A stretch of 64,000 nt of DNA from Amoebidium appalachense (lineage: Eukaryota; Protista; Ichthyosporea). The stretch spans positions 3,903,962 to 3,967,961 of the forward strand of contig CAVNZM010000007.1 of the NCBI GenBank assembly GCA_963693365.1, written 5' to 3'. Below, in pieces: positions 22,130 to 35,747 of the stretch; the stretch's first letter is position 1, and each line of letters starts with the position of its first letter. The notes under the pieces were generated by a model, which searched no databases, was not told the origin of the DNA, and saw only the letters and a program-made list of their open reading frames with translations. Position numbers and translations under genes: made by a program.

Positions 22130-22663
22130 ACAAATCGTTTTGAATTTCTTATTACTTCACTAGCTTCAGCTGAAGTTGCTGCAACCACACATTCGATTGC
22201 GAAGCTGACTACTGTATACCATGTCATTGATACTAGTTTTGAACTGAACTCAATTGAGGAAGGCATAACATTAAATTTTGTGACTTGACCAATGATACCA
22301 GTTCTCGAAGAGTGCAACTATACAGTAAATAATCACGGGGGTAGAGTCTTGTCATATGCGTCACTGGCCCTTGTACAAGGTCGAAACCCCGTACGTTGCT
22401 TGCCATCTTGGCACAACGTCTGTGAACCGCTGAGGTGCCTGTGTGCATGCATGTATGTGTGTGTGCTGCAGAGTGTGCGCAAGTAAATGTGTGCGTGCGT
22501 GCATTTGTTTGTGCGTGCATGTCTGGGTGGGTGTGTGGTGCATTGTGTGCGGCACACGATGCATGCATACGGTGTGTGTATATGTGCACGTGGGTACTCG
22601 TGTGAGTGTGTGCCTGTGCATATACGTGTGCCTAGTGACACTGTCTGTGTCTGTGTGTGCCAC

Positions 22664-22719
<56 letters not shown>

Positions 22720-22799
22720 TTTGTACGTGTGTACATGTGTGTGTGTACTTTTGTACGTGTGTACATGTGTGTGTGTGCGTGTGTGAGTGTATGTGTGTG

Positions 22800-22840
<41 letters not shown>

Positions 22841-23133
22841 ATGTGTGTGTGTGTGTGCGTTTGTGTGTGTGCGTGTTATGTGTGCCTGATCATGTGTGTG
22901 TGTGTGTGGTGTGTGTACATGTGTGCGCGCGTGTGTGTGTGCGTGTGCGTGGGTGTGTGTACTTGTTGTGTGTGCGCGCGCGTGCATTGTCATGCATGCG
23001 CTACGCGCACATCGTGTGCTTATGCTGGTGTTGGATGGCTGTGAATGTGAGTGGGTGGGTGCCTGGGTGCGTGTGTGAGCGTGCGCGCACACATTTTTGT
23101 CTGTCTAGGTCGGTGTGGTTTGTTCTTTCTGTG

Positions 23134-23171
<38 letters not shown>

Positions 23172-23225
23172 TCCCCCTCTCCCTCTCTCTCTCTATCTCT
23201 CTCTCCCCCCCCCCCCCCCCCCCCC

Positions 23226-23266
<41 letters not shown>

Positions 23267-23315
23267 CTCTCCCTCACTCCCCCTCCCTCCCTCCCTCCCT
23301 CCCTCCCTCTCTATG

Positions 23316-23371
<56 letters not shown>

Positions 23372-23896
23372 CCTCTCTCTCTCTCTCTCTGTTGTATAAA
23401 AAGAACGTGTGTCCGTGACAAGACTATGTAATTTGGTATGAACGGGGTTGACTAGACCACGCTTTGCTAAGTGACGTGCTAGCCCTACTTACACCTAGTA
23501 AGACGAGCACACAGAGTGAGCTCTGAAGCCCCCGACAAGCCATTTTATCAGAGCTCACAGAGCGGCTAAGGTATATACTTTTGGCTACGTTTAAATTTCG
23601 AATACGCAACTTGCATACTTTCCCATGATAAAGACTACGATAAACGTGCTCATGGGTCCTCTACTAATTACGGCCCATGCGACTATCTTATCCCTTTTCC
23701 CATGGAACAACCATGCAAGCTGCACGTGCACAATGTCTAATTCCATACTCATGTGCACTAGACTGGGGGGGGGAGATGCATACTGGCCTATCGAAGATCA
23801 AACACAGTGGTATGTATACATGTACACACGTACGCTTATCTCAACCGATGTACATACATTCTAGATATCCGGTATACGGCATAGCACACACACACA

Positions 23897-23927
<31 letters not shown>

Positions 23928-24045
23928 CCTCTCAGAGGCTCTCTCTCTCTCTCTCTCTTTCTCTCCCTCTCTCTCTCTCTCTCTCTCAGCTCTCCCTCCC
24001 TCCCTCCCTCCCTCCCTCCCTCCCTCCCTCCCTCCCTCCCTCCCT

Positions 24046-24077
<32 letters not shown>

Positions 24078-24466
24078 AGAATCCAGTAAAAAGATATCTA
24101 CGTGACCGTCGACGGCGAGCTGACCGTTAACCGTTGGGTTGGGCGATGGTTAAACAGTTAACGTTGGGTTGCAATAGGCGACTGCACTAGTAATGTTCAA
24201 AGAATGGTGGCCAGTTAGTCGTGACTGCACCTTGTACTGTGTACCAATCGAGAAGAGCTCAAAGCTCTGCTTGATGGAGGCTTCACTGCAAAGGTGAGGT
24301 TACTGCAACCACAGTAACCCATCCTCCCCTCCTTATACAGACGTACGTATACAGACACACACATACACATGCACAGAAAGAGTGAGAGGAGTGGAGGGAG
24401 GGAGGGAGGGAGGGAGGGAGGTATGGGGGGGGGGGGGGGGGGGGAGGGAGGGAGGGAGGGAGGTAT

Positions 24467-24514
<48 letters not shown>

Positions 24515-24773
24515 AGCATGCGTGCTTTGTGGTAGCTGTTGAACCTGCAGTCACCGGGACAACAAGCACAACAGTTGCACTTTGCTCTGTACCTTTGTCC
24601 ATGAGAAAAAGAGAGCATGTACCTTTTTATTCGATCACAACCTTCACGTCCTGACGAACCTACAAGCATTGTGTGTGGTGTGGTCGTGTACACATGTAGC
24701 ATGAATAATCTTAAACGCCGCCCTCATTTTGACCACGCACACACGTGTGTGTGTGGGTGTGTGGGTGTGTGTA

Positions 24774-24804
<31 letters not shown>

Positions 24805-24927
24805 CTGTGTGGCGGTGTGTCTGTGTGCGTGCGCGCATGCTTGTGTGTGTGTGGTGCACGCGAAGGTCACTACTAATTATGTGTGAGGGGGAAAAGGGGG
24901 GGGGGGGGAGGGGGGGGGGGGGGGGGG

Positions 24928-24961
<34 letters not shown>

Positions 24962-25098
24962 GTCGATAACGAGAAGTCCAAGACTGAGGGCTGGGCACGG
25001 GGGGAAATAAACAATAAGGAGGTCCAGATGGAAACAAGATAGGAATAAAGGAGGAACAGCACAAAGAATGGGACGACGACCTTTTGTGCATGTAAGTG

Positions 25099-25133
<35 letters not shown>

Positions 25134-25155
25134 TGGTAGTGGTGGTGGTGGTGGT

Positions 25156-25197
<42 letters not shown>

Positions 25198-26275
25198 TTA
25201 AAAAGGGTTAGAATGCCTTGTTTTTTTTTCATGACGGACAACATTGTAAATCAGTCATTGCAAAACAAAGGGCACACACCACTTTGCCCGCTATCCACCC
25301 ACCCTACGCATGTGTGTGCAACGACAAGCAGACAGGACTAGGAAGCATCGACATGTTAAAGAGACAGACGGGGGAAGTAAGAAACACCTGTGCATACGGC
25401 AAGCAGTCGCACGTGTGTGGGCTATGACAGCCATGCACACAAAAATTTTGCACTATCTGTTGCCGTTGCACACACGAGCCTGCCCACTCCCTTAGATGCC
25501 TCACACAGAATACTTGGACAGAAAAGGAAATGGGGGCAAGAGACGAAAAGGCACAAGTGTTCATTTTTCCCATTTTATGGCTTTTTTCGACGTCTGCCAT
25601 ATGCGTGTAAGCATATGTTTTTTTGGTTGGTTTTACGTGACCGTCGACGGCGAGCTGACCGTTGACCGTTGGGTTGGGCGATGGTTAAACAGTTAACGTT
25701 GGGTTGCAATAGGCAACTGCACTAGTCATGTTCAAAGAATGGTGGCCAGTTAGTCGTGACTGCACCTTGTATTTCTTGGCTCACGGGCCTACTGCTGGCT
25801 GGTCTCTCTTTCACGGTACGAATAGCCGTTCCTCTTATTACGAAGTCCCTGGTCTTATCAAATTGTTGACGCTGCTGCAAGAGTTAAACTTGTAACCGGC
25901 ATGGCGCCACCAAAAGCATTGGAACTGTGTACCAATCGAGAAGAGCTCAAAGCTCTGCTTGACGGAGGCTTCACTGACAAAGGTGAGGTTACTGCAACCA
26001 CAGTAACCCATCCTCCCCTCCGTATACAGACGTACGTATACAGACACACACACACACATGCACAGAAAGAGTGAGAGGAGTGGCGGGAGGGAGGGAGGTA
26101 TGGGGGGAGGGAGGGTGGGTGGGAGGGTGGGTGGGAGGGTGGGAGGGTGGGAGGGAGGAAGCCAAAGCGGAAGCGGAGGGAGGGAGGGAGGGGGGGGGGG
26201 GGGGGGGGGGAGGGGTGGAGGTGGCCAAGGAGTGGGGGTGGGGGGGGGGGGGGGGCGAGTGGAGAGAGCGAGAGA

Positions 26276-26309
<34 letters not shown>

Positions 26310-26660
26310 AGCATGCGTGCTTTGTGGTAGCTGTTGAACCTGCAGTCACCGGGACAACAAGCACAACAGTTGCACTTTGCTCTGTACCTCTGTCCATAAG
26401 AAAAAGAGAGCATGTACCTTTTTATTCGATCACAACCTTCACGTCCTGACGAACCTACAAGCATTGTGTGTGGTGTGGTCGTGTGCACATGTAGCATGAA
26501 TAATCTTACACGCCGCCCTCATTTTGAGCACGCACACACGTGTGTGTGTGGGTGTGTGGGTGTGTGGGTGTGTGTACACGTGTGTGTGTGTGTGTGTGCG
26601 TGCGCGCATGCTTGTGTGTGTGTGGTGCACGCGAAGGTCACTAATTATGTGTGAGGGGGG

Positions 26661-26691
<31 letters not shown>

Positions 26692-26705
26692 GAGGGGGGG
26701 GGGGG

Positions 26706-26796
<91 letters not shown>

Positions 26797-26917
26797 CCAA
26801 GACTGAGGGCTGGGCATGGGGGGAAATAAACAATAAGGAGGTCCAGATGGAAGCAAGATAGGAATAAAGGAGGAACAGCACAAAGAATGGGGCGACGACC
26901 TTTTGTGCATGTAAGTG

Positions 26918-26958
<41 letters not shown>

Positions 26959-27405
26959 GTAGTGGTGGTGGTGGTGGTGGTGGTGGTGTGTGGGGGGGGG
27001 GGGGGGGGGGGGGGGGATTAAGAAGGGTTAGAATGACTTGTTTTTTTTTTCATGACGGACAACATAAATCAGGCATTGCAAAACAAAGAGCACACACCAC
27101 TTTGCCCGCTATCCACCCACCATACGCATGTGTGTGCAACGACAAGCAGACAGGACTAGGAAGCATTGACATGTTAAAGAGACAGACGGGGGAAGTAAGA
27201 AACACCTGTGCATACGGCAAGCACTCGCACGTGTGTGGGCTATGACAGCCATGCACACAAAAAATTTGCAAAAAGACAAATGCAAGAGCCAACACTATCT
27301 GTTGCCGTTGCACACACGAGCCTGCCCACTCCCTTAGATGCCTCACACAAAATACTTGGACAGAAAAGGAAATGGGGGCAAGAGACGAAAAGGCACAAGT
27401 GTTCA
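22130..27405 (+). pseudogene. Decayed multi-exon gene of unknown family, partly tandem-duplicated
   Basis: Islands of coding-like sequence lie between microsatellites and end in plus-strand donors (22434 AG|GTGCC, 23570 AAG|GTATA, 25982 AAAG|GTGAG). They contain in-frame stops (VT*PMIPV, ERG*LDH, SEL*SPR, LCP*EKES) and frameshifts. No family is recognised. Confidence 0.4.
24099..27405. repeat. Tandem segmental duplication (copy A 24099-25563, copy B 25634-27405)
   Basis: Both copies start TACGTGACCGTCGACGGCGAGCTGACCG and end GCACAAGTGTTCA. Unique blocks are colinear. Copy A lacks about 155 bp present in B (about 25772-25924). Confidence 0.92.
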
Positions 27406-28362
27406 GACATTTCGAGAGCTAAAAGTTAGAACAGGACGTAGCCCAGTCAGACAGAATAAGAAAGCAGAAAAAGGTGGCAGGAGGGAGAGAGTGGGGAGAA
27501 GGGGGGGGGGGGAGGGGGGGGGGGGGGGATGGAGGGGGAAGAGAGAGAGAGAGGAGAGAGTGAGAGTGAGAGAGAGAGGGGGGGGGGGGGGGAAGAGGGA
27601 GGGAGGGGGAGAGAGAGAGGGAGAGGGAGCCGGAGGGAGGGAGGGAGCGAGGGAGGGAGGGAGCGAGACGTGGGGTTGGTTGGGTGGAGCGGGGGGAGGG
27701 GAGGGGGGGGGAGGGGGACGGGCGGAGGGAGGGGGCGAGAAACAGAGACAGGGGAGGGGAGGAAGGGGGGGAAGGAAAGAGAGGGAGGAATGGACGGACG
27801 GACAGCAAGTGGGGGAACCTCAATATTCACAGAAGGGAGAGAGTGGGGGGGGATGGGGAGGGGGAGAGGGGGAGAGAGAGGGGGGGGACAGGGGGGGGGG
27901 GGGAGAGGAAAGAAGGAGGGAGTGCGAGAGGGACTCGGAGAGGGGGACAGGAGAGAAAGAGGGAGGGAGGGACAGAGAGCCGTGGGTGAAGGGGGGAGGG
28001 AGGGGAGGGAGGGAGGGAACGAGGGAGAGAGAGGGAGGGAGGGTGGAGAGGGCGCGGTAGCGGGAGGGAGGGAGAGGGGGAGGGGGGAAGGGGGGGGGAG
28101 GGAGGAAGGGAGGGGTGGAAAGGGAGAGGGAGACAGAGAGGGATGGAGCAGGAGGGGGAGGGGAGGGGCAGAAGGAGGGGGGAGGGGGAGAGGAAGGAGG
28201 AGGGGGTTAGGGGGGGGGCAGCTGTACAAAAACGACACTCACCATTATTACTGTGGCTTAGTCGAGCCTGCACGTATACCATGCAAGTCTGGTGGGCCAA
28301 CTCTGGCCCCAGGCGTGAAACTAAAAACGGGCGTGAACTGTGTATCATGACTACTGAGAGTT

Positions 28363-28916
28363 TGAGATGCCATTGTCTCCATATTTACTTAAGCTTCAAG
28401 TAGGCTACACATTCACTTTTGAAAAGGTTGTTATTGCAAAAATGCCGAAATCTGCAAAATTGAAAAATAGAGAAAATAGAAAAAAAGAGAGCAACGTTGC
28501 AATGACATAATGCGATTATTTGTCTGAATATCTCGTTTTATCCAGAAATTATGAAAATACGACTGGGGAGAAATGCAAAATTGAGAAAAAGGAAAAGCGG
28601 AAACAGCCAGATTGATTTGCTCATTTCGGAATGGGATATGAGATGCCATTGTCTCCATATTTACTTAAGCTTCAAGTAGGAGCGCTACACATTCACTCGC
28701 AAAGGTTGTTATTGCAAAAATGCCGAAATCTGCAAAATTGAAAAATAGAGAAAATAGAAAAATAGAGAGCAACGTTGCAATGACATAATGCGATTATTTG
28801 TCTAAATATCTCGTTTTATCCAGAAATTGTGAAAATACGACTGGGGAGAAATGCAAAATTGAGAAAAAGGAAAAGCGGAAATAGCCAGATTGATTTGCTC
28901 ATTTCGGAATGGGATA
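28363..28916. repeat. Head-to-tail duplication of about 276 bp
   Basis: TGAGATGCCATTGTCTCC...TCGGAATGGGATA occurs at 28363-28638 and 28639-28916 with few differences. Confidence 0.93.
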
Positions 28917-29538
28917 CTCTCAGTCTCCGATCCCGACAGATATGTGGTTTCAATGTGCGGATTTCTGATTGGCTAGTTTCAAAGAGGCCGCCCAAGGATA
29001 GACCTCTCATTTATAAAAAAGGCCGCGTTCACACTGGGCGGATATGATAGGCCAGGGATATTTGCAAGATTCCCGGGATAGGCCGAAATCGATATCCCAG
29101 TGTACACGCGCAAATATGCCAGGTCGGATGTCAGCGCTGCGAGGCTGAGCCGCGCCGCGGCCGGCGGCGGCGCTAAGAGCAAAACGCTCAAAAAAACTTC
29201 TTTGCGTCCTCTCTACAACAATTTTGATTTTTTGACTTATGCAAAATAGATTTTTTTACAGCGGTTTACAAAATAATTTAACTGTTTTTTCTGAACTTTT
29301 TATGTATATTTGTATAAAGTAAGACTTACAAAGTGCCGACGCGGCACATATCACACTTGCATATAAAATAGACCTACCCCCAATCCCCCGGCTATCCCAA
29401 CTGGCATATTTAATTAACCAAAAAAAGGAATTCGCCATATCATATCCTGGTTAACTTCCCGTCCGCAGAAACCGTCGCGTTTTCGTCTTCAAAGTCATCG
29501 TCCCAACATAATCACAGCCAGGTGTGTATGCACATGTG

Positions 29539-29592
<54 letters not shown>

Positions 29593-29662
29593 CACCACAA
29601 TTATGATGATCAGCACCATCCACCTCTACTTAGGCTCCTAGAGGGGCAGCTAGAACCCATCC

Positions 29663-32600
29663 ATGGCTTCTCAGGACGTATCCATGTTCCCGGACCCTCC
29701 TGGGACACCGCCTGGGAGCCGCAAACGTGATACACGGGAAGGAGAATCCCCAGATAAGCGGTTAACGAAACAGAGCCGGGCGGAACAGGTTCCCTTTCCA
29801 GAGGTTAAAGCGCCACCGGCCGCGCCGCCAGCCAGTAGTTTTATTACGAAAGAACAACTGCAGTTGATACCCGAGAAGGCTAGGAAATCTGTGCTCAAAC
29901 TTATGGCGCATCATGAGCATCTCCGCACCCAACTTGTCACCGACTTAACAACCCAAGTAGCCGAATATAAAGCCAAACAGGACCAAACGGACCTCGTCGT
30001 TCAGCAAATGGAGGCGCGCTTACAGCAGCTGGAAGCTGACCGGGCACCCCCCAGTGGCCCTGCCCATGCGGGCCCGGCCTCTGCAGCAAAGGCAGCCCCC
30101 GATGGGTTACCCGCTCCCCCGGCCGGGGGTCTCCCAACATACCCACGAGGAACCCTAAGGTGTACCGCACTACCGTGGATGACAAGACCGTGTACGTGTC
30201 CGAGTGTGTCACCGAGAAAGTCAAAACGTATACAGAGTCGGTGGCCCAGACCCACGGGGCTACTCACGGGGCTACCCAGGCTATGGCAGCCCTTGCCGCA
30301 GCATCGGCCCTGCACCGACACCCAACCCACCGCCCTCGGGTGGCATCTGACCCTGCACCTAAGGGTACCGACGAGTCCGAGCTGACCACTGCAGCCTTCA
30401 CCATGGTGCCGGCCAACATCAGCACCATGCGTGACCGTCTCTACACCCTCGGTGTCCTCAACCGAATGATTCCCGACATGCTCTTCATTGGCCGTCGCTA
30501 CACAGTGTTCTTCGTGCGTGCAGGCTACCGTGATACCCTCGCAAGCTTCATCCAACGTGCTACCGACGCCACCTTTCTCGCAGACTTCGACCCTACGGCT
30601 CCCTACAACACCACACTTAACCGTGCTGACGCAGAGGCTGCTGCCCGGGCCTCTTGGCAACGCCGGGACCCGGTGCTTGCGCGGGTGGCCAACGCCCACG
30701 CCTGGGCTGCCAAGGCAGCCACACTTTACCCGGCACACGGCAGCCGGGTCAAAACAGCAGCTGAGGTGCGTTGTCATGTGCTGAGCTGATTCGTATTAGT
30801 TTACTTCTATATTTTGTGTTTTGGTGAGTTAATTTCGGGGGTTTTCTTGCATAGTGATGCCGGGGTCTAAATGGGGTATGAGGAGATTAATCAGTGGTAT
30901 GGGGAGAATCTGATGCAGCGGCGGCTGATTGTTTGGTGCGCGCGTGCATGCCCCATGCCTCTGCGTACTCTCCATGTTAAATGTTGTATTGCTTCTTGCT
31001 GTGTGCGTGGCGAGACCCATGTTGCCTGCTCGCGTGTGTGTATGCTTATATGTATTGTGAGTAAACGTGTGTACGTGTTGTAGTGCTGTAGGGGTGTCTG
31101 AGGTCGCGGTAGCCAATGGTGTGGAGTGCGTGTAGTCTGTGGGGGAGGGAGTGTTGTGATTGGCTGAATGTCACTGTGGTATTTGTCTGGCCAGTGGGCC
31201 GCGTGTCTGTGAAGTGTCTCGCGGGGTCGCGGGCTTTTGGAAGTTCTTCTCAGAACACAAAAAACTCGCTTCCCACCCAACTCAAAGAAAAGTTTATACG
31301 TATACACGGTTTCGAGCCCCTTTAAGCGTGCAGATAGTTAGAGTAGTTCATATACACACTGTATGTTGCCACGACAAGCTACACCCCCTTTCTCTGCAGT
31401 TTTTTGCAGGGAGGGGGCACACGCACTGTTAGTCCTTCTGGGCTGTTGCTTTCACCCCTAGTTTTTTTTTTCTTTCACGCCTAGCGGTTATGAGTGGCTT
31501 TGACTTAGGACTTTTTCGACAGTTAGAGGTAGAAGAAACATACGCACACACAGGCCTACAGCTAGCAACAGTTGGCATAGGCAACTTGAGCAGTAGGACT
31601 AGTATCACAGGGGACTTAGTCCTCGCTAAGGACCTTGACCTCCCTAGGTGACTTAGCAAGCTCAGGGCCGTTTGCCCAGCAGAGGCCTCAGAGGGGACCG
31701 GCGGCAGTCACCCTCCCCACGGCGCTACCAGCCCTACCAGCCACGGCCACAACGGGATAACAGATGGGCCAGGCTGGCGTCTTTGGGGCGGGACAGCAAG
31801 AGCCGGCGCCAGGCTCTTTCCCAGGCACCTGTGACAACTGCAAGGAGCGGGGGCAACGCGTGGTGTAAACAGCCCCGTCGTGGGGGGCAGGGACGTCGGT
31901 GACCGTGTTGCTGGTATGAAGGTTTTATTAGGGGGTAGGCCATCTCTTGGGTTGTTGTTGTTGTAATACTATGGGAGTAACTGTTGTGTGGTGTTATTTT
32001 TCGGCGAGTTTTCTACTGGTGCCTGGCGTTTTCGACGTGTGTATGAGTCCTGTGTTGGCGACGTGTGTGGTTAGGGTCAGTGGAATAGAAAGTCCTGCTG
32101 CTGTCTGGGAGCTCGGCCCTCTGACGAGGGGGCTGGGGGGGGGTCGAAGTGTAGTCATGGCAGTGGCAGGCCCCCACTGTTGTGAACCCCCGTCGTCAAA
32201 GGGCCTGGTGCTGAGGCCCCTTGGAGTGGCTGCCCTGGGCCTGGTGTTGAGGCCCTTTGGAGTGGCTGCCCGTAGTGTTGTTGAGTAGTGTTGTGGTGCC
32301 CAGTGCAGCAGTAGGCCTTAGACACACCGCTGGGTAGGGCACGGTTGGGGCGGAGGCATTCCCAAACCACCGGGACCTACGTAGTAGGAGTCTTTGTCGG
32401 GTAGAGGAATGGCCAGCAAGAGAGTCTGGAGGTGTACGTCACATGAGTCTGGAGGTGTTCGTCACGGCGTGTTTGGTTGTGTTAGGAATTCTTTGGGGAT
32501 GGGGCATGCTGAGTGTGGTTGTATGGATGGTGTCTGTTATCATGTCTGTTGCTATGTTCCACTCGATATAACATTGTGCCAGGGGCATGGGGTTTTGGGT

Positions 32601-33503
32601 GCAGATTGTGGACGGGGGCAGAGGTGCATCTACAGGGCAACGTCAGTGGCGGTTCATAATTATCCTTGTTTTGGGGTTGGGTTGGGTATTAACCATGGTG
32701 GGGTGGTGTGTGGATGTATGTATATGTTTTATGTTATATGTTAAATGTTGCTTCCTGCATGGGTAGCGGTAGTTGTAGTCGCTCAGCACATAACTTTATT
32801 TTGTTTTTAGGTAGTTTTTACTGAGGTGGAACTCAGTTATTTTCTGTGCGAGGGGGGAGTTGTCATGTGCTGAGCTGATTCGTATTAGTTTACTTCTATA
32901 TTTTGTGTTTTGGTGAGTTAATTTCGGGGGTTTTCTTGCATAGTGATGCCGGGGTCTAAATGGGGTATGAGGAGATTAATCAGTGGTATGGGGAGAATCT
33001 GATGCAGCGGCGGCTGATTGTTTGGTGCGCGCGTGCATGCCCCATGCCTCTGCGTACTCTCCATGTTAAATGTTGTATTGCTTCTTGCTGTGTGCGTGGC
33101 GAGACCCATGTTGCCTGCTCGCGTGTGTGTATGCTTATATGTATTGTGAGTAAACGTGTGTACGTGTTGTAGTGCTGTAGGGGTGTCTGAGGTCGCGGTA
33201 GCCAATGGTGTGGAGTGCGTGTAGTCTGTGGGGGAGGGAGTGTTGTGATTGGCTGAATGTCACTGTGGTATTTGTCTGGCCAGTGGGCCGCGTGTCTGTG
33301 AAGTGTCTCGCGGGGTCGCGGGCTTTTGGAAGTTCTTCTCAGAACACAAAAAACTCGCTTCCCACCCAACTCAAAGAAAAGTTTATACGTATACACGGTT
33401 TCGAGCCCCTTTAAGCGTGCAGATAGTTAGAGTAGTTCATATACACACTGTTTGTTGCCACGACATGCGTGCGTACTGGGAGGCTCAGCAACTGCCATCA
33501 TAA
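29663..33503 (+). pseudogene. Non-LTR retrotransposon ORF1-like (or host) ORF, frameshifted and interrupted by an LTR element
   Basis: A coiled-coil ORF from 29663 shifts -1 (somewhere in 30040-30385) into ...MRDRLYTLGVLNRMIPDMLFIGRRYTVFFV...FLADFDP... It is split at 30771 by the LTR element and resumes in frame after the TSD (AEVR|AYWEAQQLPS*, stop at 33503). The resemblance to ORF1 of fungal-type LINEs is from recall only. Confidence 0.5.
30772..33465 (+). mobile_element. Non-autonomous LTR retrotransposon (2.7 kb; 605-bp LTRs at 30772-31376 and 32861-33465)
   Basis: LTRs read TGTCATG...CACGACA and are nearly identical (one substitution seen near the end). 5-bp TSD TGCGT at 30767-30771 and 33466-33470. 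PPT GAGGGGGGAG at 32850-32859. The 1.5-kb interior has no intact ORF, only a decayed knuckle CDNCKERGQRVV* at about 31830-31868. Confidence 0.93.
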
Positions 33504-33866
33504 ATGGCGTGCTTCTTGCACTTTTCTCTGAGGGTGAAAGTTGCACACATTTTACCGCGTTCACACTGGCGGGATATGATGTGCACTTGTCATACATATA
33601 TGGTACTACAAATATCCGATCGGGATATTTTAAATACCCCAACTTGAAATCGCTGTTCACACTGGCAGGATATGATGGGGGGGGGGTTACACACTTTTTA
33701 TTGCGTGGACACTGCCGGAGGCCCAGCCACATTCGACGGCCTACTGCGTTTTCCAGCGCAGCCGTTTATGCACTTTGTATTGCTGCGGACATCGTCAGGG
33801 GCCCAGCCTCACTTGACGGCCTACTGCGTTTTCCAGCGCAGCCAATCAAATGCAGCTAGTGACTTA

Positions 33867-35704
33867 GGTTATTTGCACATCACCCTAGGTTTCAATCTAT
33901 TCTTCACATACACCCATGCCAATCCGCTTTTCGTAAAAACAATTCATGTTATGTTCAAATAATGGCACTGCACTGATTCTATGCAAGTTGGTGCACGATA
34001 TGTTGGCTTTATTGATTGGAAAACTGCTTACGATTCTGTCGCCCCTGGTCTCCTATGGGAAAAGCTTGCTGGCAACGGGGTGTACCACACTGCATTGGTG
34101 TTCTGTTAGAAGCACTCTTATCTCAAACCTATGGTAGAGCTGTGGTTAATGGGCATCTTTCATATGACAGTTTTGCTCGTACTAGAGGTCTCTTGCAGGG
34201 TTCATTGCTTAGCCCCTTTTTGTTTAACCTATTTAATAATATAGATGATTTGGCTGTCAAGATTTACGCCGAAAACGATGACCCTATTAATAACTTTCCG
34301 CCTGCACTTCTCTATGCTGATGATCTGTCCCTCCTTGCCCGTACCCCTAGTCTAAGACGCCTGCAAAGATTGTTCGATGTAGTGTCAGAGTGGTGCAAGG
34401 CAAACCTTATGATCCTTAACATAGACAAATGTGGTGTTCTTGTACCTGATATAGCTAACAATTTACACACATTTACATTATCATCTAAACCTGTACCTAT
34501 AGTTCCAGAATACAAATATCTTGGTGTTCCGGTTGATTCTGTTGGTGTTATGTTTCCCCATATGGTCGAAAAGAGGGTAGAGTTGGCTCGTACTGCGGTT
34601 AGCTTTCTTCTCGGCTAATATTTTTAAAGACACACCCCTCCATCCTTCTATTAGACTTACATTCATTCGCACTTTTGTCTTCCCGGCATGTGAATATGGT
34701 TTACCCCTTCTCGCCGCTTGGATTAAGAAAGAGAGAACTAGAGCGCTTAAACCCTTGGCAAATTTCCTTGAAGCAGAAGTTGCCTCCTTTCTATCTAACA
34801 ACTGTTGTAAACCTGGGCCTGTAACGCTCTCGATATACGGTCTGGTCCCAATAGCTGCTAGAGTATCCTATCTCGCGCTGAAATTCAATAAGCACATAAG
34901 CCGCTTAAAGAAGTATTTGCCCTCCCACCCTCTCTTCTCTATCCGACCTGTCCCCTCCTCACCTCTCCCCGGCGGCCTCTTCCCTCCCCTCTCTCTCCCC
35001 TCCTCCCCTGGGCACAAATACAAATAAACCCCGCAATAGTGTGTGTGTGACTTTGGACTGCCACTTATTTATTAAACATGTACACAATCACAAGATAATC
35101 ACGCAATATAACAAATGGAAAAAGATACCACACGACACTAGACCCGATGAAAGCATACACCTTGAAAAACTAAGCCTTATGTCTCGTTTTATATATACTG
35201 ACCGCCTCAACCATATTGCCAAATATGGCACTCGCAAATGTATAACACCTAAATACATATTGCCTTCCTGTAGAACTGGTCTTTCTCTAGCTGATGGTAT
35301 TATTGATCAATTACCACGCTTTTACTGTACACGTGCTATACAGTGGAGATCTAATAAGTATAAGGTGGCATCATTTGCATGCCCAAACAACACACACACA
35401 ACACACACCAGTTTAACCGGTCATGTATCGCCAAATGTAGTTTGATAGACCACATAATACCGCAACACACACACGTCACATTCACAACAGACACCCAGAA
35501 AGATAGCCTACCTGTAAATTACAACATCCTTGATTTTATACTAAACACGAGTAACTACGACCTGTTTATTAGATGTATTGATTGGCTTGAGAAACACATC
35601 ACTACAAAATTATAGCGCACGCGCACTGTCACACACACACACAAACACACACACAAACACACACACACACAACCAGCTGATACCGAGTGTCCCAAGGGGA
35701 GCCC

Positions 35705-35747
<43 letters not shown>

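Noticed and set aside
22286-23526. Selenocysteine or TGA reassignment in the decayed gene
   Set aside because: Confident genes in the window terminate at TGA, the duplicate copy has TAA at one such site, and TAG stops and frameshifts also occur.
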